Source: Naegleria gruberi (taxonomy: Eukaryota). From it: a DNA stretch of 64,000 bases. Position 1 is the stretch's first letter, and each line of letters begins with the position of its first letter. Where the stretch lies: NCBI GenBank assembly GCA_000004985.1, contig GG738924.1. The stretch is one strand, 5' to 3'. Positions 1 through 11,782 of the stretch are shown piece by piece. Below the pieces are notes generated by a model. It saw only the letters and a program-made list of their open reading frames with translations. It was not told the origin of the DNA and searched no databases. The translations under genes and the position numbers were made by a program.

Positions 1-1575
1 CTTGGTTCTTCTGTTAATTCTAGCGCATTCTCCAGTAGAATCGCTCGAGAATTAATTCATGACCGTGAATTCGTTCTAGAATGCATTTCAGGAGCAGGTA
101 ATTCATTAAGCTTTCTTGATTATGGTGGTTCGTCTCTAGTTAATCATAGTGATTTTGTTGATGAACTAATTGATATTCAATGTCAGTATAGTTCAGCAAT
201 GTGGACTTCTAAAGATTATTTCAATTCTCTTAATGAGGAAAGACAGTTGAGAATTATTAGAATAGATCCTGTATGCTTAGAACATTGCAAGGGCGAACTA
301 AAAAACAGTAGACAACTAGTATTGGACTATATATTACAAGATCGTAAAATTTTAGAATCGTTGAACGACGAGTTAAGAAATGACCGAGAAATAATCAGGT
401 TGGCGATAAAAGAACATTACGGAGCTCTAAAGTTTGCATCAGCGGAATTGCAAAATGATAAGTCATTGTTACAGGAAGCACTTTTATATGATACTGGTAA
501 TTATAATTATGCATCAGAAGAATTAAAAACAGATAAGGAGATACTAGAGTTTTTAATAGGTAGAGACGGATGCTACTTTGAGTATGCTCCTGAATCTTGG
601 AAAAATTCGAGAGACTTTGTTGTAAAAGCAATTAGAAATTCAATGTCAAATATATCTGACTTTTTGGGATATAGTCTGAAGGAAGATAGAGATTTAATAT
701 TAGAATACGTAAGAAGAATTGGAAGTATTGAAGAAATACCACAAGAATACAAACAAGACAGAGACATAGTATTAGAGGCTGTCCAATTAGATGGAAATAA
801 CTTGAAATACGCCAGTCATTCTCTCCAACAAGACAGAGAATTGTTAATCATTGCAGTACGAAACGGATTGAGCTTAAGAAATATCAATGAATCAGAATTA
901 GATAGAGAAATAGTTTATGAAGCTTGCAGATATGATACTCATCCTCTGAAATATGTTCCAGAAGAATACAGAGATGAGGAGGAAATAGTGCAAGCAATTG
1001 CATTCTCAGAGAATGCTTCATCTTTCGAGTACGTGTCTGAAAGATTAAGGAACAATATTGATTTTATTAGGAAGTTAACTAGGATTAATGGTTATTTGAT
1101 TCAATATATTCCAAAATATTTGCGAAATGATAGAGAAATTGCTCTAAATGCAATTCGTCATGGATGTAACTACCTATCAGAAGATTTGCAAAATGACAAG
1201 GAAACAAACAGTGGGTTGTGTAAGTCAAGGTCATTGGCTTTCTTGTTGGTTTGTTTTTCCCTTTCTAATATTCACGAAGGAAAGTATCAGAAATCAGCAA
1301 CTTCTTATTATGGAAAAAATGGAGACGCAACAATATTGTGGAGTGAAGATTTAAAGTCATGTCTATTCTATTTTGATTTGAAATGTGAAGAGGTAGTTAA
1401 GGTTGATTTAAATTCAAGCAAGTGGCTCCCTTATTGGAGTAAGGAAGAAATTCAAAAGGAATTTGCTTTTAAAACTCACCAAATGGAAAGTCATCCGAAA
1501 ATTCACTCTNNNNNNNNNNNNNNNNNNNNNNNNNNNNNNNNNNNNNNNNNNNNNNNNNNATACCTTTTAAAATAA
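1..1575 (+). CDS. DUF4116-type tandem-repeat protein, 5' partial. Frame 1 is open from base 1; the 458-aa ORF 199..1575 is its continuation. Contains N gap 1510-1559.
   Basis: About 10 repeats of a ~35-aa unit of the form (R/K)xD(R/K)E(I/V)(V/A)LxA(V/I)xxxGxAL(K/E)YASxEL(Q/K)ND. No stop upstream of the first ATG. The last ~100 aa are non-repeat, and a possible GTAAGT donor at 1220 is unresolved. Confidence 0.55.
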   Translation, partial: LGSSVNSSAFSSRIARELIHDREFVLECISGAGNSLSFLDYGGSSLVNHSDFVDELIDIQCQYSSAMWTSKDYFNSLNEERQLRIIRIDPVCLEHCKGELKNSRQLVLDYILQDRKILESLNDELRNDREIIRLAIKEHYGALKFASAELQNDKSLLQEALLYDTGNYNYASEELKTDKEILEFLIGRDGCYFEYAPESWKNSRDFVVKAIRNSMSNISDFLGYSLKEDRDLILEYVRRIGSIEEIPQEYKQDRDIVLEAVQLDGNNLKYASHSLQQDRELLIIAVRNGLSLRNINESELDREIVYEACRYDTHPLKYVPEEYRDEEEIVQAIAFSENASSFEYVSERLRNNIDFIRKLTRINGYLIQYIPKYLRNDREIALNAIRHGCNYLSEDLQNDKETNSGLCKSRSLAFLLVCFSLSNIHEGKYQKSATSYYGKNGDATILWSEDLKSCLFYFDLKCEEVVKVDLNSSKWLPYWSKEEIQKEFAFKTHQMESHPKIHSXXXXXXXXXXXXXXXXXYLLK

Positions 1576-2521
1576 TAATAGAAGAATACTCAAGCAGCAC
1601 AGCACCACTATAATTAGGGCAGGCAAGCTATTCAATAGGAGAACAGGCGATAATAATAATGTGTTTTTAATTTTCCATCAGCAAAGAAGAACCCTCACTG
1701 TGTTTGCTTTCTGTTTTGCTCCTGCGTTTTTTTTGGATCTATGATGGATGAGGAGAGTGAGACCAAACAGAGTAACACAAAGAACCGCGCAATTTTTCAT
1801 CAGCACAACCCAGCCTGCATGTCTTCTATCTTTGAATTAGAGAGTACACCAGCTTATGCCTTCTTAATAAACTTTCTTAGAGGTTTTTGCAAGGGTTGTA
1901 TGTTTCAGTGAAAGAACAATATCGAGTTCCGTGTTCTTATTATGCATTTTCGCTTGGTAATTTTCCATGACTTTCATTTACAATTTTCTGTTGTTGGTTT
2001 TCAACGTTTTCTTGGTCACCTTTTTAGTTGGTAGTGTCTCTTCAGAGAAAATCGTTGAATCTTGAGTTTTACCATTTTCAAAGGTAAAATTGAAGACAAT
2101 GAGATGGATTACAAAATTTTACTGTATAACTTTCAACAGATACATATATTTACAGATACTTTTTGGAAGAAGATTTACCATTTAAGATTTCAATGGTGAA
2201 AAAAACAGCTCATCCCATGAAGCATGTTAATGGTCGACTTCAAGATGTAAAAATTTTAAATAATACAACGAGACTGGACTGTTCAACATCATCACATGTG
2301 AAACTCTTCTCTTGGTTGACCTTTAAAACTTGTCCAATCTTCCAATACTCCTATTCAAATATTTAAATATGAGAAATTGATCAATATTCCATAGTATTCG
2401 ATGCATTGAATTTTCCACAATCTGAAAAAGACACGTTTTATTTTCCAATGATCACACAACAATATTGAAAACACGTAGTATTTCAACTAGAGCTTCAACT
2501 ACTTGAATCTATTTACAATTA

Positions 2522-5500
2522 NNNNNNNNNNNNNNNNNNNNNNNNNNNNNNNNNNNNNNNNNNNNNNNNNNNNNNNNNNNNNNNNNNNNNNNNNNNNNNN
2601 NNNNNNNNNNNNNNNNNNNNNNNNNNNNNNNNNNNNNNNNNNNNNNNNNNNNNNNNNNNNNNNNNNNNNNNNNNNNNNNNNNNNNNNNNNNNNNNNNNNN
2701 NNNNNNNNNNNNNNNNNNNNNNNNNNNNNNNNNNNNNNNNNNNNNNNNNNNNNNNNNNNNNNNNNNNNNNNNNNNNNNNNNNNNNNNNNNNNNNNNNNNN
2801 NNNNNNNNNNNNNNNNNNNNNNNNNNNNNNNNNNNNNNNNNNNNNNNNNNNNNNNNNNNNNNNNNNNNNNNNNNNNNNNNNNNNNNNNNNNNNNNNNNNN
2901 NNNNNNNNNNNNNNNNNNNNNNNNNNNNNNNNNNNNNNNNNNNNNNNNNNNNNNNNNNNNNNNNNNNNNNNNNNNNNNNNNNNNNNNNNNNNNNNNNNNN
3001 NNNNNNNNNNNNNNNNNNNNNNNNNNNNNNNNNNNNNNNNNNNNNNNNNNNNNNNNNNNNNNNNNNNNNNNNNNNNNNNNNNNNNNNNNNNNNNNNNNNN
3101 NNNNNNNNNNNNNNNNNNNNNNNNNNNNNNNNNNNNNNNNNNNNNNNNNNNNNNNNNNNNNNNNNNNNNNNNNNNNNNNNNNNNNNNNNNNNNNNNNNNN
3201 NNNNNNNNNNNNNNNNNNNNNNNNNNNNNNNNNNNNNNNNNNNNNNNNNNNNNNNNNNNNNNNNNNNNNNNNNNNNNNNNNNNNNNNNNNNNNNNNNNNN
3301 NNNNNNNNNNNNNNNNNNNNNNNNNNNNNNNNNNNNNNNNNNNNNNNNNNNNNNNNNNNNNNNNNNNNNNNNNNNNNNNNNNNNNNNNNNNNNNNNNNNN
3401 NNNNNNNNNNNNNNNNNNNNNNNNNNNNNNNNNNNNNNNNNNNNNNNNNNNNNNNNNNNNNNNNNNNNNNNNNNNNNNNNNNNNNNNNNNNNNNNNNNNN
3501 NNNNNNNNNNNNNNNNNNNNNNNNNNNNNNNNNNNNNNNNNNNNNNNNNNNNNNNNNNNNNNNNNNNNNNNNNNNNNNNNNNNNNNNNNNNNNNNNNNNN
3601 NNNNNNNNNNNNNNNNNNNNNNNNNNNNNNNNNNNNNNNNNNNNNNNNNNNNNNNNNNNNNNNNNNNNNNNNNNNNNNNNNNNNNNNNNNNNNNNNNNNN
3701 NNNNNNNNNNNNNNNNNNNNNNNNNNNNNNNNNNNNNNNNNNNNNNNNNNNNNNNNNNNNNNNNNNNNNNNNNNNNNNNNNNNNNNNNNNNNNNNNNNNN
3801 NNNNNNNNNNNNNNNNNNNNNNNNNNNNNNNNNNNNNNNNNNNNNNNNNNNNNNNNNNNNNNNNNNNNNNNNNNNNNNNNNNNNNNNNNNNNNNNNNNNN
3901 NNNNNNNNNNNNNNNNNNNNNNNNNNNNNNNNNNNNNNNNNNNNNNNNNNNNNNNNNNNNNNNNNNNNNNNNNNNNNNNNNNNNNNNNNNNNNNNNNNNN
4001 NNNNNNNNNNNNNNNNNNNNNNNNNNNNNNNNNNNNNNNNNNNNNNNNNNNNNNNNNNNNNNNNNNNNNNNNNNNNNNNNNNNNNNNNNNNNNNNNNNNN
4101 NNNNNNNNNNNNNNNNNNNNNNNNNNNNNNNNNNNNNNNNNNNNNNNNNNNNNNNNNNNNNNNNNNNNNNNNNNNNNNNNNNNNNNNNNNNNNNNNNNNN
4201 NNNNNNNNNNNNNNNNNNNNNNNNNNNNNNNNNNNNNNNNNNNNNNNNNNNNNNNNNNNNNNNNNNNNNNNNNNNNNNNNNNNNNNNNNNNNNNNNNNNN
4301 NNNNNNNNNNNNNNNNNNNNNNNNNNNNNNNNNNNNNNNNNNNNNNNNNNNNNNNNNNNNNNNNNNNNNNNNNNNNNNNNNNNNNNNNNNNNNNNNNNNN
4401 NNNNNNNNNNNNNNNNNNNNNNNNNNNNNNNNNNNNNNNNNNNNNNNNNNNNNNNNNNNNNNNNNNNNNNNNNNNNNNNNNNNNNNNNNNNNNNNNNNNN
4501 NNNNNNNNNNNNNNNNNNNNNNNNNNNNNNNNNNNNNNNNNNNNNNNNNNNNNNNNNNNNNNNNNNNNNNNNNNNNNNNNNNNNNNNNNNNNNNNNNNNN
4601 NNNNNNNNNNNNNNNNNNNNNNNNNNNNNNNNNNNNNNNNNNNNNNNNNNNNNNNNNNNNNNNNNNNNNNNNNNNNNNNNNNNNNNNNNNNNNNNNNNNN
4701 NNNNNNNNNNNNNNNNNNNNNNNNNNNNNNNNNNNNNNNNNNNNNNNNNNNNNNNNNNNNNNNNNNNNNNNNNNNNNNNNNNNNNNNNNNNNNNNNNNNN
4801 NNNNNNNNNNNNNNNNNNNNNNNNNNNNNNNNNNNNNNNNNNNNNNNNNNNNNNNNNNNNNNNNNNNNNNNNNNNNNNNNNNNNNNNNNNNNNNNNNNNN
4901 NNNNNNNNNNNNNNNNNNNNNNNNNNNNNNNNNNNNNNNNNNNNNNNNNNNNNNNNNNNNNNNNNNNNNNNNNNNNNNNNNNNNNNNNNNNNNNNNNNNN
5001 NNNNNNNNNNNNNNNNNNNNNNNNNNNNNNNNNNNNNNNNNNNNNNNNNNNNNNNNNNNNNNNNNNNNNNNNNNNNNNNNNNNNNNNNNNNNNNNNNNNN
5101 NNNNNNNNNNNNNNNNNNNNNNNNNNNNNNNNNNNNNNNNNNNNNNNNNNNNNNNNNNNNNNNNNNNNNNNNNNNNNNNNNNNNNNNNNNNNNNNNNNNN
5201 NNNNNNNNNNNNNNNNNNNNNNNNNNNNNNNNNNNNNNNNNNNNNNNNNNNNNNNNNNNNNNNNNNNNNNNNNNNNNNNNNNNNNNNNNNNNNNNNNNNN
5301 NNNNNNNNNNNNNNNNNNNNNNNNNNNNNNNNNNNNNNNNNNNNNNNNNNNNNNNNNNNNNNNNNNNNNNNNNNNNNNNNNNNNNNNNNNNNNNNNNNNN
5401 NNNNNNNNNNNNNNNNNNNNNNNNNNNNNNNNNNNNNNNNNNNNNNNNNNNNNNNNNNNNNNNNNNNNNNNNNNNNNNNNNNNNNNNNNNNNNNNNNNNN

Positions 5501-7413
5501 NNNNNNNNNNNNNNNNNNNNNNNNNNNNNNNNNNNNNNNNNNNNNNNNNNNNNNNNNNNNNNNNNNNNNNNNNNNNNNNNNNNNNNNNNNNNNNNNNNNN
5601 NNNNNNNNNNNNNNNNNNNNNNNNNNNNNNNNNNNNNNNNNNNNNNNNNNNNNNNNNNNNNNNNNNNNNNNNNNNNNNNNNNNNNNNNNNNNNNNNNNNN
5701 NNNNNNNNNNNNNNNNNNNNNNNNNNNNNNNNNNNNNNNNNNNNNNNNNNNNNNNNNNNNNNNNNNNNNNNNNNNNNNNNNNNNNNNNNNNNNNNNNNNN
5801 NNNNNNNNNNNNNNNNNNNNNNNNNNNNNNNNNNNNNNNNNNNNNNNNNNNNNNNNNNNNNNNNNNNNNNNNNNNNNNNNNNNNNNNNNNNNNNNNNNNN
5901 NNNNNNNNNNNNNNNNNNNNNNNNNNNNNNNNNNNNNNNNNNNNNNNNNNNNNNNNNNNNNNNNNNNNNNNNNNNNNNNNNNNNNNNNNNNNNNNNNNNN
6001 NNNNNNNNNNNNNNNNNNNNNNNNNNNNNNNNNNNNNNNNNNNNNNNNNNNNNNNNNNNNNNNNNNNNNNNNNNNNNNNNNNNNNNNNNNNNNNNNNNNN
6101 NNNNNNNNNNNNNNNNNNNNNNNNNNNNNNNNNNNNNNNNNNNNNNNNNNNNNNNNNNNNNNNNNNNNNNNNNNNNNNNNNNNNNNNNNNNNNNNNNNNN
6201 NNNNNNNNNNNNNNNNNNNNNNNNNNNNNNNNNNNNNNNNNNNNNNNNNNNNNNNNNNNNNNNNNNNNNNNNNNNNNNNNNNNNNNNNNNNNNNNNNNNN
6301 NNNNNNNNNNNNNNNNNNNNNNNNNNNNNNNNNNNNNNNNNNNNNNNNNNNNNNNNNNNNNNNNNNNNNNNNNNNNNNNNNNNNNNNNNNNNNNNNNNNN
6401 NNNNNNNNNNNNNNNNNNNNNNNNNNNNNNNNNNNNNNNNNNNNNNNNNNNNNNNNNNNNNNNNNNNNNNNNNNNNNNNNNNNNNNNNNNNNNNNNNNNN
6501 NNNNNNNNNNNNNNNNNNNNNNNNNNNNNNNNNNNNNNNNNNNNNNNNNNNNNNNNNNNNNNNNNNNNNNNNNNNNNNNNNNNNNNNNNNNNNNNNNNNN
6601 NNNNNNNNNNNNNNNNNNNNNNNNNNNNNNNNNNNNNNNNNNNNNNNNNNNNNNNNNNNNNNNNNNNNNNNNNNNNNNNNNNNNNNNNNNNNNNNNNNNN
6701 NNNNNNNNNNNNNNNNNNNNNNNNNNNNNNNNNNNNNNNNNNNNNNNNNNNNNNNNNNNNNNNNNNNNNNNNNNNNNNNNNNNNNNNNNNNNNNNNNNNN
6801 NNNNNNNNNNNNNNNNNNNNNNNNNNNNNNNNNNNNNNNNNNNNNNNNNNNNNNNNNNNNNNNNNNNNNNNNNNNNNNNNNNNNNNNNNNNNNNNNNNNN
6901 NNNNNNNNNNNNNNNNNNNNNNNNNNNNNNNNNNNNNNNNNNNNNNNNNNNNNNNNNNNNNNNNNNNNNNNNNNNNNNNNNNNNNNNNNNNNNNNNNNNN
7001 NNNNNNNNNNNNNNNNNNNNNNNNNNNNNNNNNNNNNNNNNNNNNNNNNNNNNNNNNNNNNNNNNNNNNNNNNNNNNNNNNNNNNNNNNNNNNNNNNNNN
7101 NNNNNNNNNNNNNNNNNNNNNNNNNNNNNNNNNNNNNNNNNNNNNNNNNNNNNNNNNNNNNNNNNNNNNNNNNNNNNNNNNNNNNNNNNNNNNNNNNNNN
7201 NNNNNNNNNNNNNNNNNNNNNNNNNNNNNNNNNNNNNNNNNNNNNNNNNNNNNNNNNNNNNNNNNNNNNNNNNNNNNNNNNNNNNNNNNNNNNNNNNNNN
7301 NNNNNNNNNNNNNNNNNNNNNNNNNNNNNNNNNNNNNNNNNNNNNNNNNNNNNNNNNNNNNNNNNNNNNNNNNNNNNNNNNNNNNNNNNNNNNNNNNNNN
7401 NNNNNNNNNNNNN
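2522..7413. other. assembly gap (N run, about 4.9 kb)
   Basis: Uninterrupted n characters. Confidence 0.99.
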
Positions 7414-7955
7414 CTTACTCACCAAGTTATTCATGCGAGATGGTGATCCAGCTCCACTTCCAGGTGAAGCACCATGTCCACCACCACCAACAGGTGATGA
7501 TGCATTAGCTCCATAACTTGATCTCTTATCTGGCGTGTTGATTGGTGAGCTAGGAAGTGGTGAATCCTGAGTTGTGCTTGTGGATTTCTTTGGTGTGGAG
7601 GTGCTATTCGTTGATTTTGCAATCTGAATGATATAGTCACATTGTGAAAACTCTTCCTGACTAATCTGTCCTCCCTCGATGCATCTCTCGCAAACTAATC
7701 TTACATTCTTGAGAATGTCTTGAACAATGGATCCCACCAGACGTGTTGGATTGTAATATTTGGAAAATGTCATTCCGTGAATTTGTTTTAACAAGGTTGT
7801 TTTGCCACTATCACCTAAGTTTCGAATAATAATTTTGTTAATCTATTTGGCTTGCATTACAACATACCTGAACCAAATAAAAGTATTTTAGCTTGATCTT
7901 GCTCTAGCATTTCGTCTAGATCGACTTCAGAACGATCACCTGTGGAGCGAAGCAT
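7414..7955 (-). CDS. G-alpha-like GTPase paralog A, 5' end: exon 1 7867-7955, 51-nt intron 7816-7866 (GTATGT..TTAG), exon 2 7414-7815 running into the gap.
   Basis: The reverse strand translates to MLRSTGDRSEVDLDEMLEQDQAKILLFGS|GDSGKTTLLKQIHGMTFSKYYNP..., i.e. P-loop GSGDSGKTT. The helical-domain start resembles G-alpha (VKQMKIIH..GYS), followed by an S/T/P/G-rich insert. The intron splits the Gly codon. Confidence 0.6.
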
Positions 7956-9118
7956 CTCTTTTTTTTGTTAGTAAATCACCCCTATAAAGGTTTAGTCCAA
8001 CTCGCATGAATAACATTTATTTTCGTTCCTCCATTGGGAAAATAGTGCCGATTTTGACATTGACCAACTTTCTAAATAAGGACTGCTTATAAAATTGTGG
8101 TTAGAAATCCATGGTTGTTAAGGTTTAGCTATTTTTCATTCGAAACTCATGGTTTCTCATTAAGAGTATTATATGGTTGCAAGTACGGAGAAAAGAAACC
8201 TTTAACATTCATGCGAAGAGCATTGGCCAATAAATATTTACACTATTTTAGCCAGTTGCATTCTGTTTGACTTTAGAATAAAATAGAGAATTTTCCAAAC
8301 GAAACTTGTAAGAACTCTGACTTTTAGTTCACAAGCTGATTTTCAATAAAAAACTGGAAAATTGACTTGAAATTTGACTAGTTCCTTAGAAATTCAAAGA
8401 AACTTGTTGAATCTGTGTGAAAATTCAAAATTTACCTGCAACTATCAAAATTTTGGTTGAGTTTTTAATACAACCATCCCATAGACACAATACAACCGAT
8501 AAATATTGTATTAAATGTGCAGAAGAATTGATGGCATTGTTGATCAATGTTGCCATTTTCGGATTGATCACTTTTAGAATATTTGTAAACTTTGATTATG
8601 ATTCTGTGTGTGAGGATATTGATGTGATTGATTGGAATATATTCCATATTATTTAATCGTGTGAGGAAATTGTCTTTCTTAAAGATTTTGCTCAATATAT
8701 CAATATTGTTTGAAAAGTTGTTAAGGGGAGCATATCTATTATATGCAGTAAGGAATGGCTTGGTCAAAACTTAAAATACCGACCATGGTAATAAACCATG
8801 AATGTTAGCCACAACCGTATGGTTATGTGTGGTTTTACCAGTGGGCATTAAGGTATGGAGAGATTTAAGCAGATGAACTTTTTACAAAAACAGCCCTGTA
8901 ATTAATATTCAAAATATCCATAAATGGGAGATTCGAAATTTTACAATTAAATTCAACATGCTTAAAAAAAATGTCCTCACATGTTCAAAACCTCTGTGCC
9001 TTACTAGTTTCTGTTATGGTTGTAGTAGCCTTGATGGAAAATCTTCAACATGTTAAGGCAGGTGATGCTTCACTAGCTTTAACCAAAATTTATAATACTG
9101 CATCATGTTCATCCGATG

Positions 9119-10080
9119 CTAATATCGTTCACTATAGATATCATGTGACGNNNNNNNNNNNNNNNNNNNNNNNNNNNNNNNNNNNNNNNNNNNNNNNNNN
9201 CATTTCCTCAACAGTTCTAAACTATCAACAAGTTCATTCTTTTCTGGATTTTCTTTTGATTTCTTATTAAACGAACTTAAATTGACTAAATATACACATA
9301 ATGTAATGTTGTGGAAGTAACCTTTCCATTTCTTTCGGCAATTTCCACCAAAATCTAATACAGAAATACAGTTAGGATATTGTTTGAGGAATTTCTCATC
9401 CATAGCTAGTTGTTGGAGTTTTGGAAATCCTTCTGTTTCACTATAGTACACTTTTCTTGTATCGACTCCTTTAGTTTCCATTCGAATACGAAGAGAATCT
9501 TCAAAATTTGGAATATTCGAAGCCTTACACAATCGATCCAACGTTGAAGAATTGAAGAAATATTCACACGAATCACTCACATTCAATTCATCCCTATACT
9601 TGTCAAAAGTTTCTTTGAAAACTAAACAATTCGTCCATAAATCAATGATCATTTCTGCCGTTTTTGGAACAAGCAAAGCTGGTGAAGATTTTGATGGAAA
9701 TGAATTCAAAGTTTTCGAATTGGTTGGTGACTGTTCCAAGTCTTTCTTGGGAGCTGATTCAATCAGTGTTTTGCAATACGAAAGGTATTGCTGATGTAAA
9801 CGAGACGAAATGGATTGAGTATTGACACACTTTTCGCAAACCTTTCGAATATTGTTTAAAATATCGTTATGAATGTATTGCATTGCAATTTGTTTTGCAT
9901 TTCCAAGTATTCTATTCATGAGCGTTGTCTTTCCACAATCATCTGAACTTTCGTTTATTGTATACGAATGTACAAGAACTTACTTGATCCCAACAAGAGA
10001 ATTTTAGGGTTCTCACTATCTAACACTGGATCTTCATCATCAAATTCAACGCCTGATAGAGCCAATGTATTCTTGAGCAT
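9119..10080 (-). CDS. G-alpha-like GTPase paralog B: exon 1 9984-10080, 41-nt intron 9943-9983 (GTAAGT..TTCAG), exon 2 from 9942 downward across N gap 9151-9200; 3' end unresolved.
   Basis: MLKNTLALSGVEFDDEDPVLDSENPKILLLGS|NDCGKTTLMNRILG.... The helical domain IIDLWTNCLVFKETFDKYRDELNVSDSCEYFFNSSTLDRL and switch I RIRMETKG match G-alpha. Switch II DVGGQ is replaced by DFGGNCRKKWKGYFHNITLCVYLVNLSSFN. Confidence 0.6.
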
Positions 10081-10437
10081 TTGGAAGAAATTGTTCTTTT
10101 TTTTTTAACAGACTAAACCCTGTCAACAGTCAGTTTCGTTACTTGAAATGAACGAGTTCAGTAAAGTTCTGCATTATCTATCCGATAAGATCTCATATTT
10201 TCAATTCAGAACTTTCATGCTTTCATATTGTTGAAATTCTTCTCCAAGATGTTGGTTCCTGCTAATGTTATTGATGAATTGAAATTTGGGTCCCACCAAA
10301 AACAAATAAGGCAGAAGGGACGTCCCATGATTAATCTACACGAATCCCAAACTCTGTTTTCTTACCCAACCCGTTGAATTTCTTAATTGCACATAAGGTG
10401 TGCACACAAACAAATAACAAAAAACGAAAACAACAAA

Positions 10438-10713
10438 ATGAATATATACGCCCACACCTTTCCATTCCATCACGATAGTGTTGAGTATTTTATAGCTGAG
10501 GAAGCCAATGCAAGAGGTATTAGTTATCACCTTGATTATGTTCTTGAGCATTTGGAAGAAAATGATCCGATGAGACAATTTATTGTTTGGGCTGTACAAA
10601 TCAAGGGATGCAGGAGTTTGTTATTTCTTGATGAAACTCCATTGAGGGAAGTGAAGGTAAAGATGGATTCTTTTGGATATCGATCCACTCAACAAGAATT
10701 GAAGCAAGATCGG
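10438..10713 (+). CDS. hypothetical ORF (MNIYAHTFPFHHDSVEYF...) ending in N gap 10714-10763
   Basis: ORF only; no recognisable motif. Confidence 0.2.
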
Positions 10714-11119
10714 NNNNNNNNNNNNNNNNNNNNNNNNNNNNNNNNNNNNNNNNNNNNNNNNNNTTAAAGTTTAACGATTTAGTTCAATAATCACAACCTG
10801 GGCACAATTTTGGTTTTGTNTTAATTACAAATTTACTCCTTAAAAAAATTAAGGGAAGAAAATGTACTATTCACTTGTTCTTCAGAGAATGACAATTTTA
10901 AGAGCCTTATTTTAGCAATTAGATCACTTGTTGCGAATCTTCCGCTCATGTGTTTACAATTACCAGAGGTTCTTTTAATGAGCAGTTGGCTATTCTTATA
11001 CTTTCATGGACAAGGTTTCGATAATACGATGAGAATTTCTTTCAAATTACGTCACGATATTGTCTTCTTTATTTAGAATGAGTTCAATAGAACAGTTTAC
11101 AACAATCCATTAAAAAAAA

Positions 11120-11782
11120 ATGAGTGATAACAAAAGATCAACTATTCACGCTCACGGAGGATCTTCATCTTCATCAAATGTTGCTTCTTCCGATCTAAAA
11201 ATTCTAAATTACAATGTCAATTTCGTCTATGCCACCAAATCCAAATTAGAATCAAATGCATTATTTGTATTTCATGCACTCTTCCGATCGGAGGCTGATG
11301 TAATTTGTCTACAGGAGACACATGCTGGATACGAAAGTGCTTTTAAACAAATTAAATGGAAGGACGTTAGAAATTTGGATCAAAATTTAAATGGAAATTT
11401 AGATGAAAAATTCAAGGAGGAACAATCATTGATTTCACTCTATCCACATTATGTTTTTTATAATCATGGTGCAGCTGGAGGGATGGCCTTTCTGAGCAAG
11501 TATGAATTTTTGGAAAATTCTCAAATAACTCTTGCGACAAATGCCAAGGATCAATATGGAAAGAAAGTTGTGGATGGGAGTTGGTTTCCAATGCATTTGA
11601 TAACAGTAAAGGTACCTGAGAAGACAACAGGAAATGTGAAACAAGTACTGTTGGTAAATGTACATTTGAGACCTCCTTTGAATGATGATGGATCTGCAAG
11701 TTTGTGGACAGCTCGAATGACAAATGTCTATCGCTTGAATGAAATCAAATATCTATACAATTATTTAGAGGGAATTGGAATT
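11120..11782 (+). CDS. endonuclease/exonuclease/phosphatase (EEP) fold protein, N-terminal 221 aa, running into the gap
   Basis: KILNYNVNF...ADVICLQETH matches EEP motifs I/II, with an N-terminal Ser-rich extension. Whether this is a cellular gene or a retroelement endonuclease is unresolved. Confidence 0.5.

Noticed and set aside
1741-1917. 58-aa ORF MMDEESETKQSNTKNRAIF...
   Set aside because: Isolated, with no motif. It is likely 3' UTR or intergenic sequence of the DUF4116 gene.
2503-7794. 1647-aa and 1761-aa ORFs spanning the first N gap
   Set aside because: They consist almost entirely of X translated from n characters. Only the flanks 7414-7955 (minus strand, G-alpha-like) are real sequence.
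8971-9270. 99-aa ORF with a hydrophobic N-terminus (possible small secreted protein)
   Set aside because: It runs into an N gap and is antisense to the expected 3' exons of G-alpha-like paralog B. No further support.
11120-11782. EEP-fold ORF as the endonuclease of a second non-LTR retrotransposon
   Set aside because: There is no ORF1 upstream and a Ser-rich N-terminal extension. The downstream RT region would lie in the gap, so this cannot be decided. Kept as a cellular EEP protein with the caveat stated.
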